NCBI GenBank assembly: GCA_947625145.1
Contig: CANQNC010000002.1
Span: forward strand, 22,576-86,575
Direction: 5' to 3'
DNA: 64,000 nt
Source: an uncultured Clostridia bacterium
GTDB lineage: Bacteria > Bacillota > Clostridia > Christensenellales > CAG-917
This document shows, one piece after another, positions 37,001 to 52,000 of the stretch; position 1 is the first letter of the stretch, and each line of letters begins with the position of its first letter. The translations under genes and the position numbers were made by a program. The notes under the pieces are model-generated. The model saw only the letters and a list, made by a program, of their open reading frames with translations, did not search any database and was not told where the DNA came from.

Positions 37001-40000
37001 AATTTCCAGCGACCTCATTGACATCGAGGCGGCGCTCAGCACCATCAACCTCGCGACGGGCACAAACCCCGAAGTCAACGACATCTACGAGCAACTTCAA
37101 ACTCGCGTGGACGACGCGATAAACGCGGTGGACTACGTCGTCGCGGAGGCGGAATACAGCGGCACAAAATTCTACAAAGTCACCCAAAAAGAGGGAGACG
37201 GCCGCTATGAGTACGTCGAAGCGGGCAAGTTTGACGACGGCGCTTACGACAGAGTGGACGAGCAGGAATACAAAGCCGTGCCGCACTTCAACAAGCAAAA
37301 CGATTCGACGATCATCAACCTCTCCTTGGATCTGTACATAGACTACTCCACAAGCGCGACATACATGCTTGTGACGGATTCCAAGGTGCTTGAAAGCTAC
37401 AGGGAATCCGAAAGATATTCGTACAGCGAAGTCAGCGATTCCTTCGTGCAGGATCCGCACGGGACGTTCATCAGGGACGGCTTCTCCTTCGACTCGTTGC
37501 TTGCAAAGATATTCGGCTTCGAGGACCTTCAGTCCGCGCTTAAGGGGGTCAAACTGCCTCGTATCCTCTTCGACGTGAAAGACGGCAAGTTTGACGTCGG
37601 AACGCAGGAAAACGCGTTCTCGTTGTACGATCTGTTTGCGCAGCTCGGGCTGAGAATGTTCCTCGACGACAGCATGGACGACGGCTTCAAGCTCGCAATT
37701 GAGGCGCAATTCGATCTGAGTAAATTCGGCATCGAGACCCTTTCGGACCTCGACGGCATTTACGCTCTTATCCAAAAACTCACGTCCAAAGATCCTATTG
37801 TACAAAAAGAGGTAAGAAGCATTCTGCTGAGCGCATTGGAGCTTTCCGTCATCGTGGACTTCACCTACGAACTCGGCGAAAACAGCACGAGGAAGATCGC
37901 GATTTACTTGGTCAACAACGAGATATATATCGACATGAGCGGTCTCGAAGGCCCGAAGGCGAAGATGGGCGTTTACGACCTGCTCGGCTTGTTCCCGTCA
38001 AACGGAGACGCATTGGCGGCGGCCGGCAATACGACCGAGGGCGACGTGACGGGGGAGAACAACTCCGCGCTTAACACGGTGTTTGCCATCCTCAACGACC
38101 TCGCAAAGACCCTCATCTTCCAAAGCACTCCGTGGCTTGCAAACAGCAAACTCAGTCAGCTTGGCAGTTTGACTTTGCTGTTCAACTCCAACGCTTTCAA
38201 CTCCATTTTGACCACTCTGTTCCAAACCCTGTTGCAAATGGACACGCAATTCGATTCGGATCAGCTGTTGCTTGACGACGAAAAGAGCGGATTGTTCATC
38301 AGGCCGGGAGACGCGCGCTTTGGCAACAGCGTCGTCACGGCGGAGGCAAGGTTCGAACTTCTCAACAGACAAAATCCCGCCTCAAAGGGCGAGGACGACA
38401 AAAACTTCTTCTTCGATCTTATGATAGGCATAGGCGTGACCGCCAACATGCTCAACGACGAGATCGTGGAAAGCGTACTGCCCGTCGAGGACAGATACGA
38501 ATTTATGAATTTGAAGGAGCTGATCGACAATGTGATGTCCATTGTCAACGGCTTCTATACGCACAGCTACAGTGCGGTCGACGCGGAAACCGAAGGATTT
38601 GTGCAGGGCGGAATATACTATCGCTTTGTGCAATCCGCGGACGGCGGCTTCGTGCTGAAAGGCGAAAACTATCGCGCGCTCAACAAGGGCGAGAAAGTGG
38701 CGGACGGCACCGCGCTGTATGACAGGCAGTACGCGCAAGTCGTGGGCGATCAAGTCGTCATAGTCAGATACGTCGAGGATCCCGCGGGCGAGTATGTCTA
38801 CGTCAAGGACGAGGACAAATACGTCAAAGCCTCCGACCTCGAGAAAGTGCCCGACGACGCGCCCCGCTTCAGACAGGAAAACACGGACGCGGACGGCAAC
38901 ACCGACTTCCTTAAAGACGAAGCGGGCAACCCCGTCGCGCCCAAGGACGCCAAGCTGTACGCAAGACGCGGCATCCCCGTCTACTCCGAGCAAGTGATCT
39001 CGCTCAGCATAAGCGGAATTCTGTATTTCAGCAGCGACGGAGTGGACGAGTACGACATCAGCGGCTTGTTCGGCAAGATCCCCATGCTGTCCGACATGTT
39101 GCTTATGCTTCAAGCTCAAAGCCGTTTCTTCGGCGGCGTGGGCATAAGGCTCAGCGCAAGCGTGGACCTTGCCGCGATCGACATCAGAGGACTTCTGTCA
39201 AGCGAACAGGAAAAAGCAATGGACAAATTCGAGGAGTTCATTGCAAACAGCAATCTCAGTCAGCTTGAGCTTGCGGTCGAGTTTATCGAAGTCAACGAAA
39301 ACGGCAATTTTGCAAGATACGACGACGGCGGCGACAACGGCGCGGGCAGTCTGAAAGTTTTGGGCGGCGTCTATCTGTCCGACGGCACGCTGTATCTTGA
39401 CGCGACGGGCATCGCCTCCGCGCAGCAATACTCCCGCATAGACAACTTCATGGACTATGTGCACAGGATAGCCCAAAACGGCGTCGGCGGCTTGTTCGGC
39501 GGCACGGCGACCGAAGCGCTTGCGGCTGACGACCCCACAACTTTTGACGTCACGGACGCGGAGTACAGAAACGCGCTCGTGTACTTGCTGTACACAGACA
39601 CCGCGTTCCAGTTGCAATTTGCGCAATCCTTCTTGGCGTATGCGCTGAGTCTGCTCATCCCCAATCTGGATCCCTTGACGGACGTCTTCGACGTGGCGGG
39701 CGTCACCGTAGGCTTGGTCCACGGCGAGGCGGAGTTCAGACGGATAGACGCAATTCAAAATCCCGAACTCAGGGCAAAATTCGACAGCGATCCCGCGTAC
39801 AGAAGCGAGCGCTATGCCTATTACGACTCCGTGCATTGGGAGACCTACGATCCCCTCGCGGGCAAACTCGAAGATCATCCCGAGGACCCAAGCTCCACGG
39901 AATTTTACAGCGACACGTATCTTGTGGTCATGACGAAAAACGAGCAAGGCCACACCATTCCCAACATTTTCGAGCTTGAGTACACGCAAATGTTCTCGAA

Positions 40001-43000
40001 GCAAGCGGGAGAGGGGGACGTCTACGTCTTGACGGACGAGTACAAGCAGGGCGAGACCTATGTCCGCATAGGCAACGAGTACAAACTTGTCGAATACGAG
40101 ATCTCGGGCAAGGCGATAGGCAGTACGACCAATCTTTATGCCACGATAGGCGTGGGCACGGACTCGACAGAGCATATCGCGCTCAGAGGCTCCAAGATCT
40201 ATCACAACGTCGACGACGCGGACGGCAATGTCGTGGACTATGTTGAGGCAAGCGAATATATCGATGACAAGACATTGAACATCCACACCTACATCGTGCG
40301 CAACGGCGTCTACACGCACATCGACATGCTCAGCGAAAGGCAGTACGGCTATGTCAAGGATCCCGACGGCGCATATTATCGCACTGTCGTCAGCTACGGC
40401 GGGATCAGCGAATACATGCTCGGCCTCGACATTACCACGGGCGTGCTGAAAGCGGGCTTGAAACTCGGCAGACTCGATATCGATTTCGGCGGCGGCACGA
40501 AGTATTTGCCCGACTATATCAAAGACGAAAAACAGCACACCTACACTCTGACAGACGGCGACGTGTCGAGGACGGTGCCTTACACAACGGACGGCTATGC
40601 CGCGCTCACCGATGCGCAAAAAGAGGCGGCGGGCGACATAGACATGCCTGTCAACCCATTCTATGACACCATAGTCACCATCGGCTTCTCGGTGGACCTC
40701 AGCTTGGGCATCACGGAGGGCTTGCTCGACTTCGGCACCATCATCAGCGAGATCGTGGGCAACCTCGCGGGCATCAACGTGGAAATGCCCGCCACCACCA
40801 AGGGCTTCTCGTCCGCGCACCTCAGGCTTGACGTGTCCTTGATGCTGGACATGTACGACGTGACAAATTCCGAGTTGAAGCTGGAACTGGTGTCCGTCAC
40901 CGAATCCGGCTACGACGCGCTGTGGGCGGGCATCTACTTCATCAACGACACCCTCTATTTCGACCTCAGCGAAGTGTTCAATCTGCCCAAGATGAGCATA
41001 AGCAACGTGGGCATAGAGGACATGTTGGAAAAATTGCTCAAGATAGACAACAACGATCCTCTGTTCGTCGCGGGCAACAACGAAAAATACAAGGCTTCGG
41101 GCGACGCGCTTGTCGCGGCAAACGACTCCGCGGGCGAGGATTCGGACGGCAACGGTTCTGTGGACATCCATGACAAGAATTTGGGCTTCGCGATCCTGTT
41201 CGACAAGGATCTGTTGACCATCATGATCGGCGACAAGCTGTTCGATTCAATCATCAGCATGTTGCCCGACAGCGTAAGCGAAAAGCTGGGATTCGAGCTG
41301 AAAGAGCTGTTCTATGAAGAGATAAACGGCAGTTTGCAGATAGAGCTTAACACCAAGGACGACTTTGACCTCGAGTTGAAGATGTCCCTCGGGCTCGACG
41401 GCAGCAGATACAATCAAGCGGCGACTGTGACCGCGCCGAACATCACCCTCGAAATGTCGGGGGACGGCGCTTCCTTCTCGCCCGACGAAAGGACCGTCGC
41501 GCAGAACATCCAAAGCGGCCTCGACAACAAATACTATGTGTTCAGAGAGGACGCAAACGGTCACTATGTCGTCAACGCTTCGGGCGGCTATGTACGTGCG
41601 CTCAAGCCCGACGACGTGTTGCAACCCACGGACAAGAAGTACGCCAAATACAGGCTGTACTACAACGGCGCGAAGGGCTTCTATCTGAAGAAGATAGTTG
41701 ACAGCGAGATCGCGGGCGGCGCGGAGACGGAAGGCGACGAATTTGCGGTGCAGACGGGAGATATCATCTATGTGCTCGTCCCGGGCGCAGTCGCCAACCA
41801 GTCCTATGTTGCGGACGGCGGCGTGTACGACATGTACCTCGACCTCACTCTCGGCATCCGCAACGTCAAGATCGCATTCTCAAACGCGCGCAGCTACACG
41901 CTGACGGGTTCGGACCTCGCGGGCTATGTGGACTTCGGCGACCTCGACCATATCAAGATCGCCGCGTACCTCAACTTCGACACTTCCTTCAAGACTGGGG
42001 ATGAAAACGTCATCGACCTCACTCCCGTGCTGACCAACTTCCTGCCCGGACTGACCGAGGATGACATCGCGCAGATCATTGCGCTCGGCGACGATGGCAA
42101 GGACGTCAATCGCAAGAACAGGATCAAGATAGAGGCGGAGATCCAGACCATGGCTCTGATCAACTATCTGAGGTCGCAATTGCTCAAGGACTTCGAAAAC
42201 GTGGAAGGCGACATGTCGTTGTACGACACCATGGACCTCATCGGCAAACTTCTCGGCATAGGCTCGGAAGGAGGCTCGGAAGAGGAGAGCGGCAGCGTGT
42301 TCGACGACTTGATCGGCTTGCTTGACGACATCGCCAGCTTCTTCAACGTATCCATCGAGATCCAGACGAAGGGCGGAAACGACGCGGACTATCACAACCT
42401 TGTGGGCATCTACATGTCCACGGGCACATTCTCTCTGTTGACAGAGGACGAGTTGTTGCCCGAAAGCGACGATTTCGTGCCCGAAGAGGAGCGCTTTGAC
42501 CATTACTATCCGTCATTTGACGGCAAGTATTATTACGACGAAGCCGCGCAGGACGGCAACGGCGAGTACAGACTTCTGACGGACGAAAGCTACACGGGGC
42601 AGAAGTACGCCTACGACAGCAGCTATTATTATCAAAACGACATCGGCAGATACAAGCGCGCAAGAGGCGGCCTGTATGTGGACCTCAGCTATTTCAACAT
42701 CCCCAGCGTCTACGTCAATTCGGCGATCGTAAGGGACGTGTTTGCGGCTGTGTTCGGCTCGGGCGACGCGGGTGACGCGAGCGACGCGCTTGCCGCCGCA
42801 CAAGCGCAAGGCGCGGACGAAACCGAGGAAGAGGGCATATTCCCGCTCATCAAGGACGACTCCATCCTGTCCTACATAAGGATGTTTGTCTCCTCCTTTG
42901 TCGTCACGTCCAAGTATGTCAGACTGTTGGCAAATCCGACCTACATCAATCAACTGCTCGTCATCCTCATGGGCGAGGAGGGCGCGATCCAATTCGATCC

Positions 43001-46000
43001 CGCCGAGTTTGTCAACTCGCCCTCTTTGACGATAAACATAGATCCTTCGCAAACCACCTACGAGGATATGACCGAAGCGATAGAAGCCTCAAAAGCCGCA
43101 TACGAAGCGGCGGATGGGAATGCCGAAAAGCAAAAATCCATCGCGACTCAGCTTGGCGAATTGCTGTCCTTGACCAAAAACAGATTTGCCATCACCGAGC
43201 ACTTCGGCACCGAGGACGAGGCGAAGTTGGGGACCTATTACGTCGACGAGGAAAGCGGCGCGTACGTCATGAAAAACAACCTCAGCGCCACCGAGCGCAA
43301 GGCGTACGACGCGGCGGTCGCCAAGGGCGAAAAGAAGTATTTCGAGATAGTCTCCGTCCCCACCTACATCAGGCTGATGGACGACGCGGGCAACAGGACG
43401 GACAACTTTGTGTTGTACACCTCGGCCTCGGACAGGCAGGTCGCGCGCAGCGAGCAGGACGAGACCCTGATCCCGCTCGGGCTGTACTATCCTCAGCTGT
43501 ATGTGATAGAGGAGTATGAGCTCGAGGCGCCCGAAAACGGCGTGCCCATCGTGGACACGAACACCGCGTATGTGCCTGCGGACGACAAGGGGCTGTACTG
43601 CGTAAGGACGCTTGAGGAGCGCAATCCCTTCATCGCGTTGAAGGTGTTCTTGTGGAACCATGAGATCGAACTCAGCCTCGAGTCTCCCGGCTTCGAAGCG
43701 ATCCCGTTCAACTATGTCACGGGCGCGGAGGCGGAAGCGAACGGTCTGACAAACGTCCCCGTCGAGCACTGGTACAAAGACGTGCAAAACGTGTTCTTCA
43801 CAAGCGAGGACAAGGTCGAGGACGGCCTGTTCAGTTGGAGGTCGGACTATTACACCATGGGCGCGTTCGATCCCGCCAAATACAGCAAGGATCCTCGCTT
43901 CATCGAGAACAAGAATCAATATTATCCAATCGACTATACGACCCTTTACAAGTATGAGGGCGGCGCGTACTCGCGCGTCACCGAGGACGAAAACAGTCTG
44001 CCCGACTATCTCGCCGACATGGAGAACAACGACGCGGAATACTATGTGTACGTCGACTCCAACTATCAGAAACTGCAAAGAGCGTATATCTACAAAAAGA
44101 ACGTATATCAGACCATATCCAAGAGGGTGATCGACAGCAGCGAAGAGGAGTATTACAGGGCAAATCCCGACCAATACTTCGTGCGTACGCAATCGCCCAG
44201 CAGCGTGGACAGACCCGACCTCACCGAAAAAGAGGGCTATCCTTACAACTATGTGCCTTTGGATCAGCTGTTCTATCTGTCCCTGTCGTTGAAGGGCAGT
44301 CTGTATCTCAACGCGGGCAGGATATACTTCGAATTCGGCGATTTCAAGAAGATCTACAACGCGGTCAACGGCAGAGCCGAGGACACGGATATCGACCTTT
44401 CGGTGTACAAGAACGTGGCGTATAAGAAGTTCCACGGAAGCTACGTGCAGGTCACGGACGGCGCGGAACTTCAAACGCTTCGCGACGCGGGGCAACTTTA
44501 CATTTGGATGAACGCCGCGCTCAAGGAGCAGTATGCCATCGACAAGGCGCTCGGCGAAGTGTTGGGCGGCTTGCTTGGCGACATGAAGGGCAGATTCCAA
44601 GTGCAGAGCAACGAAACGCTTGTGTTCTACTTCTCCATTCGCCTTGACATGAGCTTCGAGTTTGACGTCAAGCTGAACACGGAGACGGTCATCATCCCCG
44701 CGGATCCGTCCAAGGGCGAGACAGAGCCCACGACGAGGACGCGCGCGAAGATCGCGTTGCAACTGTTGATACGCGACGCGGACGTAGCGATCGACATGTG
44801 GGGCGAGCAGAACGACAAGATCCCCGAAGATCAGCGCACAGACGGCAACAAGTACGTGGATTTCGACCACGTGAACGATTACACCGACCTTGAGGACGGC
44901 TCGTTGACGCACTTCCTCGGCATTTATTACAACCATGACGAGGACACGGGCTCGGCGGGGCTGTATCTCGACCTCGAGTGGCTGCTGGGCAAGGACGCGA
45001 AGATCTATGTGGACATGAGCGATTACACACTCGAGGACGTGCTGAACGGCTTCATCGGCGAAAAGCTCGGCACCTCCACGCAGGCCAGCTCGTCCGACGC
45101 GCTCGCGGCGGCGGAAGTCGACGACGAGGGCATGTACAAGGACGGGCAAGCCTCGGACGACACAAGGCTGTATCTGAACATCTTTACGGGCTCGGTGGCG
45201 TTGAACGTCACGTCGGGGCTGTTGAAGGTGCTCCTCAACGAATTGGCGCCCGATCTGAACATAAGTTCGTATCTGCCCAACCTCAAGATATATCTGAAGC
45301 AAGATTTGAACCCGTACAGCCTGACTCTCGGCGCAATGCTGTTTGACGAGACGGGCACTATGCCCATGCTCGACCTCGGGCTTGTGATCGAGGGCACAAA
45401 CGGCACGGACTATTCAAGTTCCGTCGAGTTCGGCCTCGCGGAGGACTTCAGAGACAATCAGTCGGGCGAAAACAACAAAAACGACATCTTCTACTACGCC
45501 AACTTCTATTCCGAGGACGGCGGCGATTGGGCGAAGGACTTCGACGAGAAAGGCTATCTGCAACTTGTGAAGGAGTACAAGCAGGCGGAGACGGGCGGCA
45601 AGTACAAGAAACTTGAGGACGGCTCCTATGCTCCCGTCGAGGACGGCTATGTCGGCGAATCCTACAACCTCAACGAGTATTATGAAAACGCAAACGGCAA
45701 CTATGTGCTCGGCGATGGCGGCATGCGCGAATACAACGCGGAGACGGACGCGAACGCCAAGCGCTATGCGGTTTACGACGGTCCCACGCAGAGATACGCC
45801 AAAGCCCCCGTGCGCATGGTCGAGATCCTTGCCGACAGGCGCTATGCGGACAGCGAGGACAACGATCTGTGGGCGTTTGTGGACGGCAAATACGTGAAGT
45901 TGGGCGAATACCTCAACGTCACCGACGACGGCGTGATCTATCTCAACAGCTACAGACAGCTCAAAGACAGGAAGCCGTTCAAGGAGTACATGAGCCCCAT

Positions 46001-49000
46001 CTTCAAGATGGACGCCAATCAAAACCCCGTGCAGGTCGGCAAAAACGAGCTGAAGGGCTTCACGGGCGAGGGCAATATACAATACGTGCGCGAGGACGAG
46101 CTGAGCGCGTATATTGACGGCCACGCGGACGCGACCGAGCTTGCCGAATTGAAAGCAAGCGGCGTCAAATACGTTGTGGACGGCGTGACGTACATCGCGG
46201 TGGACTTCGGCGAGAAAAAGGACGGCTTTACGGACATCGACGAGGCGGACAAGATCCCCGCGGAGATCCCCGTGTACAAAGTCGTCGAGGACTTCAACAA
46301 CTACACAAGGGCGTTCGGGCTTGATCTCGGCGAACTGCTGAAGGACGACAAAAACAACTCCGCGGAGCAGAAGGAAGCAATGGACGTCATTCTGGACAGC
46401 TTGCTCGGCGGGTTGCAGACCCTCGAGATCGGCGCGAACCTGAGCATAGCCATCAACGTTTCGGACATCCTCAACTGGACGTATCAGCTTACGCAATTCA
46501 TAGGCGAAAGCTCCATAGGCGAGTATCTGTACATGCTGATCGGCGCGCTGAACGGCGACGCGGAGCGCGACAGCAAGATCGGCTTGGAGCTTGCGTTGAA
46601 GCTGCAACTCGACATGAAGGGAGTGGCGCTGTATCTCGCAAACAAAAAAATTGCGGATTCCTTGAGCGGGGAGCTTGCGAAAGCCGCGAGAAGCACGCTC
46701 ATCCTCGACCTGCTCGAAGGATGCAGACTGTACGTCGAGCTGACCTACGACACGGATTTCCACGGTGAAAAATCCGCCAAGGCGTATCTGTGGGCGGGCG
46801 TTGACGACGGCAAACTCAACCTCAAGATGGACTTGTCCGACATCGGCACGATCGTGGGCTGGGGAGACTTCTTCAGCTACGCGCTTGTTGAGGACATGGA
46901 TCTGAAGCAACTGTTTGCAAGCGCGTCCACCGCTTCTTCCGCGGCGCTTGTCGCGGCAAACACGGTTGTGGACGAGTCGTTTGACGACGACTACACGGGC
47001 GTCATCCCCGAAAGCATTTGGGACATCATCAACGCGGTGCTCGGCAGGCTGTACGTTGCAAACGACTTCCTGACCGTGGGCTTGAACGAGGAGTTGATGG
47101 GCGACCTCATGGGCTTGCTTGCGGGCGCGGATAACCAAGTGTTGCAAGACGTCGTGGGCTTCCTGCCCAAGCTGTACGTTTCGGACGGCAACGACACAAG
47201 CGGCATCACGTTCAACATGTTCGGCGAGAGGCCGTCGCTGGATCTCAACCTCAAATTCAGCACGGGCGAGCCGTACTATCTGAAACTTGCCGACTACAAC
47301 AAATTCTACGGTCACAACGGGACGAGGCTGAACGCGGGCGGCGCTTCCGCAAAGGATTACAGCGGCACGCACTTCCACCTCGAGGACGGCGAGTACAAGC
47401 TGTGCACGGATCCCGAGTGTGCAAACGCGGACAAGTACGTGTTGGTCATGGACGACGAGTACGCGCTGATCGGCTATGCGTATCCCGATTGGAAGGGCGA
47501 CAAGTACGCCTTGAACGCGAGCGGCGCGTTTGAACTTGACAACGAAAACGGCATGTACATCAAGCTGGGCAACTTCAGCTTGACCATGCATGTGGGCGAG
47601 CTGTACGCAAAGGTCAACAAGGAATTCTCCGTCCCCGAAAGCACAATGTACGGGCTTATCCACGAGGACGCCGTGACAAAGGACGCGGAAGGATACCTTG
47701 TGGACAGCGAGGGCACGCGTGTGCATGACGAAAGCGGCAAAGAGATCTCGGATCCGTACATCAAAGTGGATCATCTCAAGCTGACGCTTGCGCTGTCCCT
47801 CGGCGTATCCATTTACGGCAAGCCGCAGACAGACAGCGACAACATCATCGACCTCAGCGAGATCCTCGACCTCATCATGGGCGTGATCAATCCCAACAGC
47901 GCGATCGCGGGCAGCACGTTGCAACTGAGGATCACCAACGACCTCGGCAGGGACGACGGCGCGTATCTCACGCTGGATCTGCGCGCGTTCATAGACCTGA
48001 GCGACTTCACGCTTGAGGCGTACATAGGGCTTGTAAGACACAAGACCAACAACAGCAAGAGCACGCTGTTGTCCATCGCGCTGAAAGACGAAACGCTGTA
48101 TCTGGATCTCAGCGGACTTTTGGGCGACACGGCGAAGATCAGCCTCGGCGGGCTGAACACTACGACCTTGCTGAAAAATCTGAAACTCGCGGGCAAGTCC
48201 CTCAGCAATCTTGTGGACATCATCGCGGGCAAAGACGCTTCGGCGGCGGGAGACGCAATGACCGCGGCGGGCGACGACGTGCACGGCACGCTCGAGCAGA
48301 TGATGAGGGATTATGCATACTTCATCCTCATGTTCAATCCGCGCACGACGCTGTTGCAGATCAACGCGGACCTCATCAACGCGATCTACAAGAAGGTCAT
48401 GCAGATCCAAGGCAAGGACTTCAGCAAGAATCTGATCCCCGACATGGGCGACCTGTTGCTTATGCTTGACGCGACGCAGGACGACGGCACGCGGTTCAGC
48501 ATCAATCTGAGGCTGAGCGACAGCCTGTACGTCTGCCTCGACCTCGAGCCGATCGACGCCACAAAGTCGTTTGGCAAGGGCGATATCTTCGTAAGTCACG
48601 GTTCAAACAGGCAATGGGACACGCCGCTTACGGGCTACACGGAGATCGGCACGCTTGACCTCGATCAACTGCTCAACGGCGTCACGGACGACAAGACGGG
48701 CTTGACCACGCCGTACGACATCATGTCCGGGCTTGACAAACTGCCCGACGTGGGCGCGCACCTCTCCCTCGACTTCACGATCTCCACAAGGGGCATGAAG
48801 CGCGGAGACGCACACTTCGACGATACGTTTGCGGGCTGGCTGTGCAACGATCTGATCGGCACTCTGTTTGACGGCAACGAAATGTTCGGCAAATTCGAGC
48901 TGATCACCACCTCTTCCGCGTACAATTCGTACGAAGGTTCCATTTACGTCTACGACGCGGACAGCGAAACCTACGTCAAGCAGGAAACCAAACCCGCGTG

Positions 49001-52000
49001 GAGGGCAAGCACTTACTACAAGTTCACGCCTGCGGAGGTCAATGTGCTGTTCCCCGACTCGGCGTTGTCGCTGACGTTGGATCTGAAGTTGTCCGTCAAC
49101 CTTGCCACGTTGATCGTCAACGGCATTTCGGGCATACTGGGCGCTGACATCGCATTGGAGATTTATGCGGGCACGCCCGTCAACACAAAGATAGCGTCAA
49201 TCTATTATGTCGGCTCGTCAAGGCTGAACAACAGGCACGAGCTTGTCAACAAGACGACGGCGGGCGCAAACATCTTCTCGGACGCGCTGTATCTTGACCT
49301 CAGCGGGCTTGGGCTTGGCAAGATCAAGTTCCAAGGCTTCTCGGGGCTTCTGAACGCCAAACCGTATGCAAACGACGTTGCGACGACCGCAAGCTCTGCG
49401 GGGACCGCCGCGGCATACTCCGCCGCGGATCAAGCGGCTGACGGGGAAGTCACGGAAGGGCTCAGCTCCGCGCTGTACCTGACGATCGACCTCGAAAGCG
49501 GCCGCGTCGCCGTCAACATCGACAGAGGCATGATAGATTTGGTCATGTCCATGCTCGGCGTGGAGCTTGGCTTCGCACTGCCCGACATCCAAAGCGTCGC
49601 GCTTGCGCTTGAGTTTGGGGACAAAGGCGTCAGCTCCATCAACCTCAACGCCATTTTGGACAGCTACGATTCCGCGTTTGACGCCACCATAGACACCTTC
49701 GAGCTTGACCTCGGCAACACCAAAAACTACGTCAACGCCGACGACTTGATCGCGGAGGTCAAATCGGGCTATGCGGGCGTTACGCTTTCAAACACGGCGG
49801 GCACAAACTCCCTCATCCAAAACATTTTGGACGGCATCGATCCGCACATAAACATAGAGATCATCAGCAAGGTCTGGCAGGCTGTGTTGGCGAACGTCCC
49901 GACCGTGGGCACCAGACAGGTCAACGCTTTCCAAGAAAAAGCGGTCACAACTCTGACGGTCACAAAGCAGAAGGCGCTTGTCAAAGGGCTTGGCAACATC
50001 AACCATATGCTGATCGGCATCAAGAGCACAAGACCGTTCTTCAGCAGTGTGAGCAGCAGCAAAGGGACGCTAAGCGCGGAAGCCATACTTGCGTCAAACA
50101 ACCTGTGGCTCACCGAAAACCTTGACATCGCCGGCAACCTTCTCTCGATCGTGGAAGGAGTCAACACGGCTTTCGGTTTGGATCTGTTCCCGCTTGACAT
50201 AGGCGGCTTGATGGGCGGCGGAGGATTGAACCCCACGCCTCACGGACAGATGCTGGACTTTGTCAACGGCTATGACGGCGACAATCAGACATGGTCGTAC
50301 AGCGGCGGCTATTCGGACACGCACGCCACAAGCGGAAGCAGCAGCGGCGGCGGAGGCGGAGGAGGCAGCAGCAGTTCGACAAGCGACGATTGGAGCTATC
50401 CTCTCAACTTGTCCAACCTCATCAAATCCGTGGACGTCTCATTGTTTGACAGCGCCGAGTATCACCCCTATGGCTTCAACATGAGTTCTTCCTTCGCCGA
50501 CAACGGCAGAAGCAAGATCAAGGTGTCCGTCTCCCTCAACAAGGACGCATTCAACGAGTTGTTGTTGATGGTCTACACCGTGGTGCTCAATCTGATGAAG
50601 GACGGCCTTGCGGGCGACAGCGGACAGGAATACTTCTCAACCAACCTGAACACCGTCACAAAAAATTCGGATTACAACAGCAAAGAACAGGTCGCGGACA
50701 TCCTTAAAGAATTGAAGAGATTGGTCGACACGGGCGCGACCACGCAGGCAAAGGTGGACTATCTCGAGCCTTACGTCAGGTCCATCCCCGCCACGTTGTC
50801 GAAGTGGTTGTTCAAAGCCACGCTCGGAAACACCATCTGGAATTTGGGCGGTCTTGCGGGCGCGACCATCGAAGACCTGAGCGGCCTCATTGGCGCGTTG
50901 CTTCCCATTCCGTTTGCGACGGGCACGAAGCTGAACCCGAACATAAACATCTACATTGACATCAATCCCGTGGCGTCCGAGTACAACAAGTCGGGCTATA
51001 CGATGCGTCCCGGCATCCAAGCCATCGAGATCTTTGTCAACGGCGAATCCGCGGGCAACAACTCCTCCGTCACGTATTACACGTCGTCGAGCAAGAACTA
51101 CAAATTGCAACCGTCGACCACACAAACGTCAAACATGACGGCAAGCACGGCGGACTCCTCGTTCCCCGCGTGGGACTTCTGGATGGCGCATATCAACCCG
51201 TACAACACGGTCGAAAAATCGGACACGAGCGACATGTTGTCCTTCAACGACGCGGACAGCGCAAGCAAGTCGAACTCTGTCTCACAACCCGATCCTCCGT
51301 CCGAGATCGTCATAGAGGACGTCGCCACGCGCGAGTTTAAGATCGGCTCCTTGACGTACACCTTGACGGACGACGTGTTCGGCAACAGTTCCCTGTTCCC
51401 GCAATTTGCAGACGTCACGCTGGGCAACAAACTCGGCGGCGGCAGTGCGGTGCACACGGCGGACACCTTGACAAACGGCACATACATCGTTTGGGACGCG
51501 TCCACTGTGGACCTCACGCCCGCAAGCAGAAGCGCGGACGGCGGAAGAAGGCTGGCGGGCTATGTGTACGGCTATGCGCTCAACGCGGTGCTGTACGCCA
51601 TCCCCGTGTATGTCAAAAACAACTCCTACGCGACCAAACTCGAGTCAATGGACAGCGGGTCGGCAAAGACCATCAAACTGGAGACGGACGGCAGCTCGTC
51701 GAGCGCCAACAACGTCCTGCCCGACCTCGTGAAGTTGACATTCAACGGCACGGCTTCCTCGCAATCCTACATTTATCTGGGCACCTATCTCACGGACGAG
51801 ACAGGCGCAATGCAGTACGCCGTGCTCGAAACGTCCACAAACACCTATGAGAAGCTGGGCAAGAGGTTGGTCTACGACAAGAAAGATCCCACAAAGTCCG
51901 AGCAGATGACAAACGCGGACGGCGGCACCTACAAGCTGTATCCCGCGTACATTGCGGGCTTGTCCAAGTCGGGGTCGAGCTACAAGACATTCACCGACTC

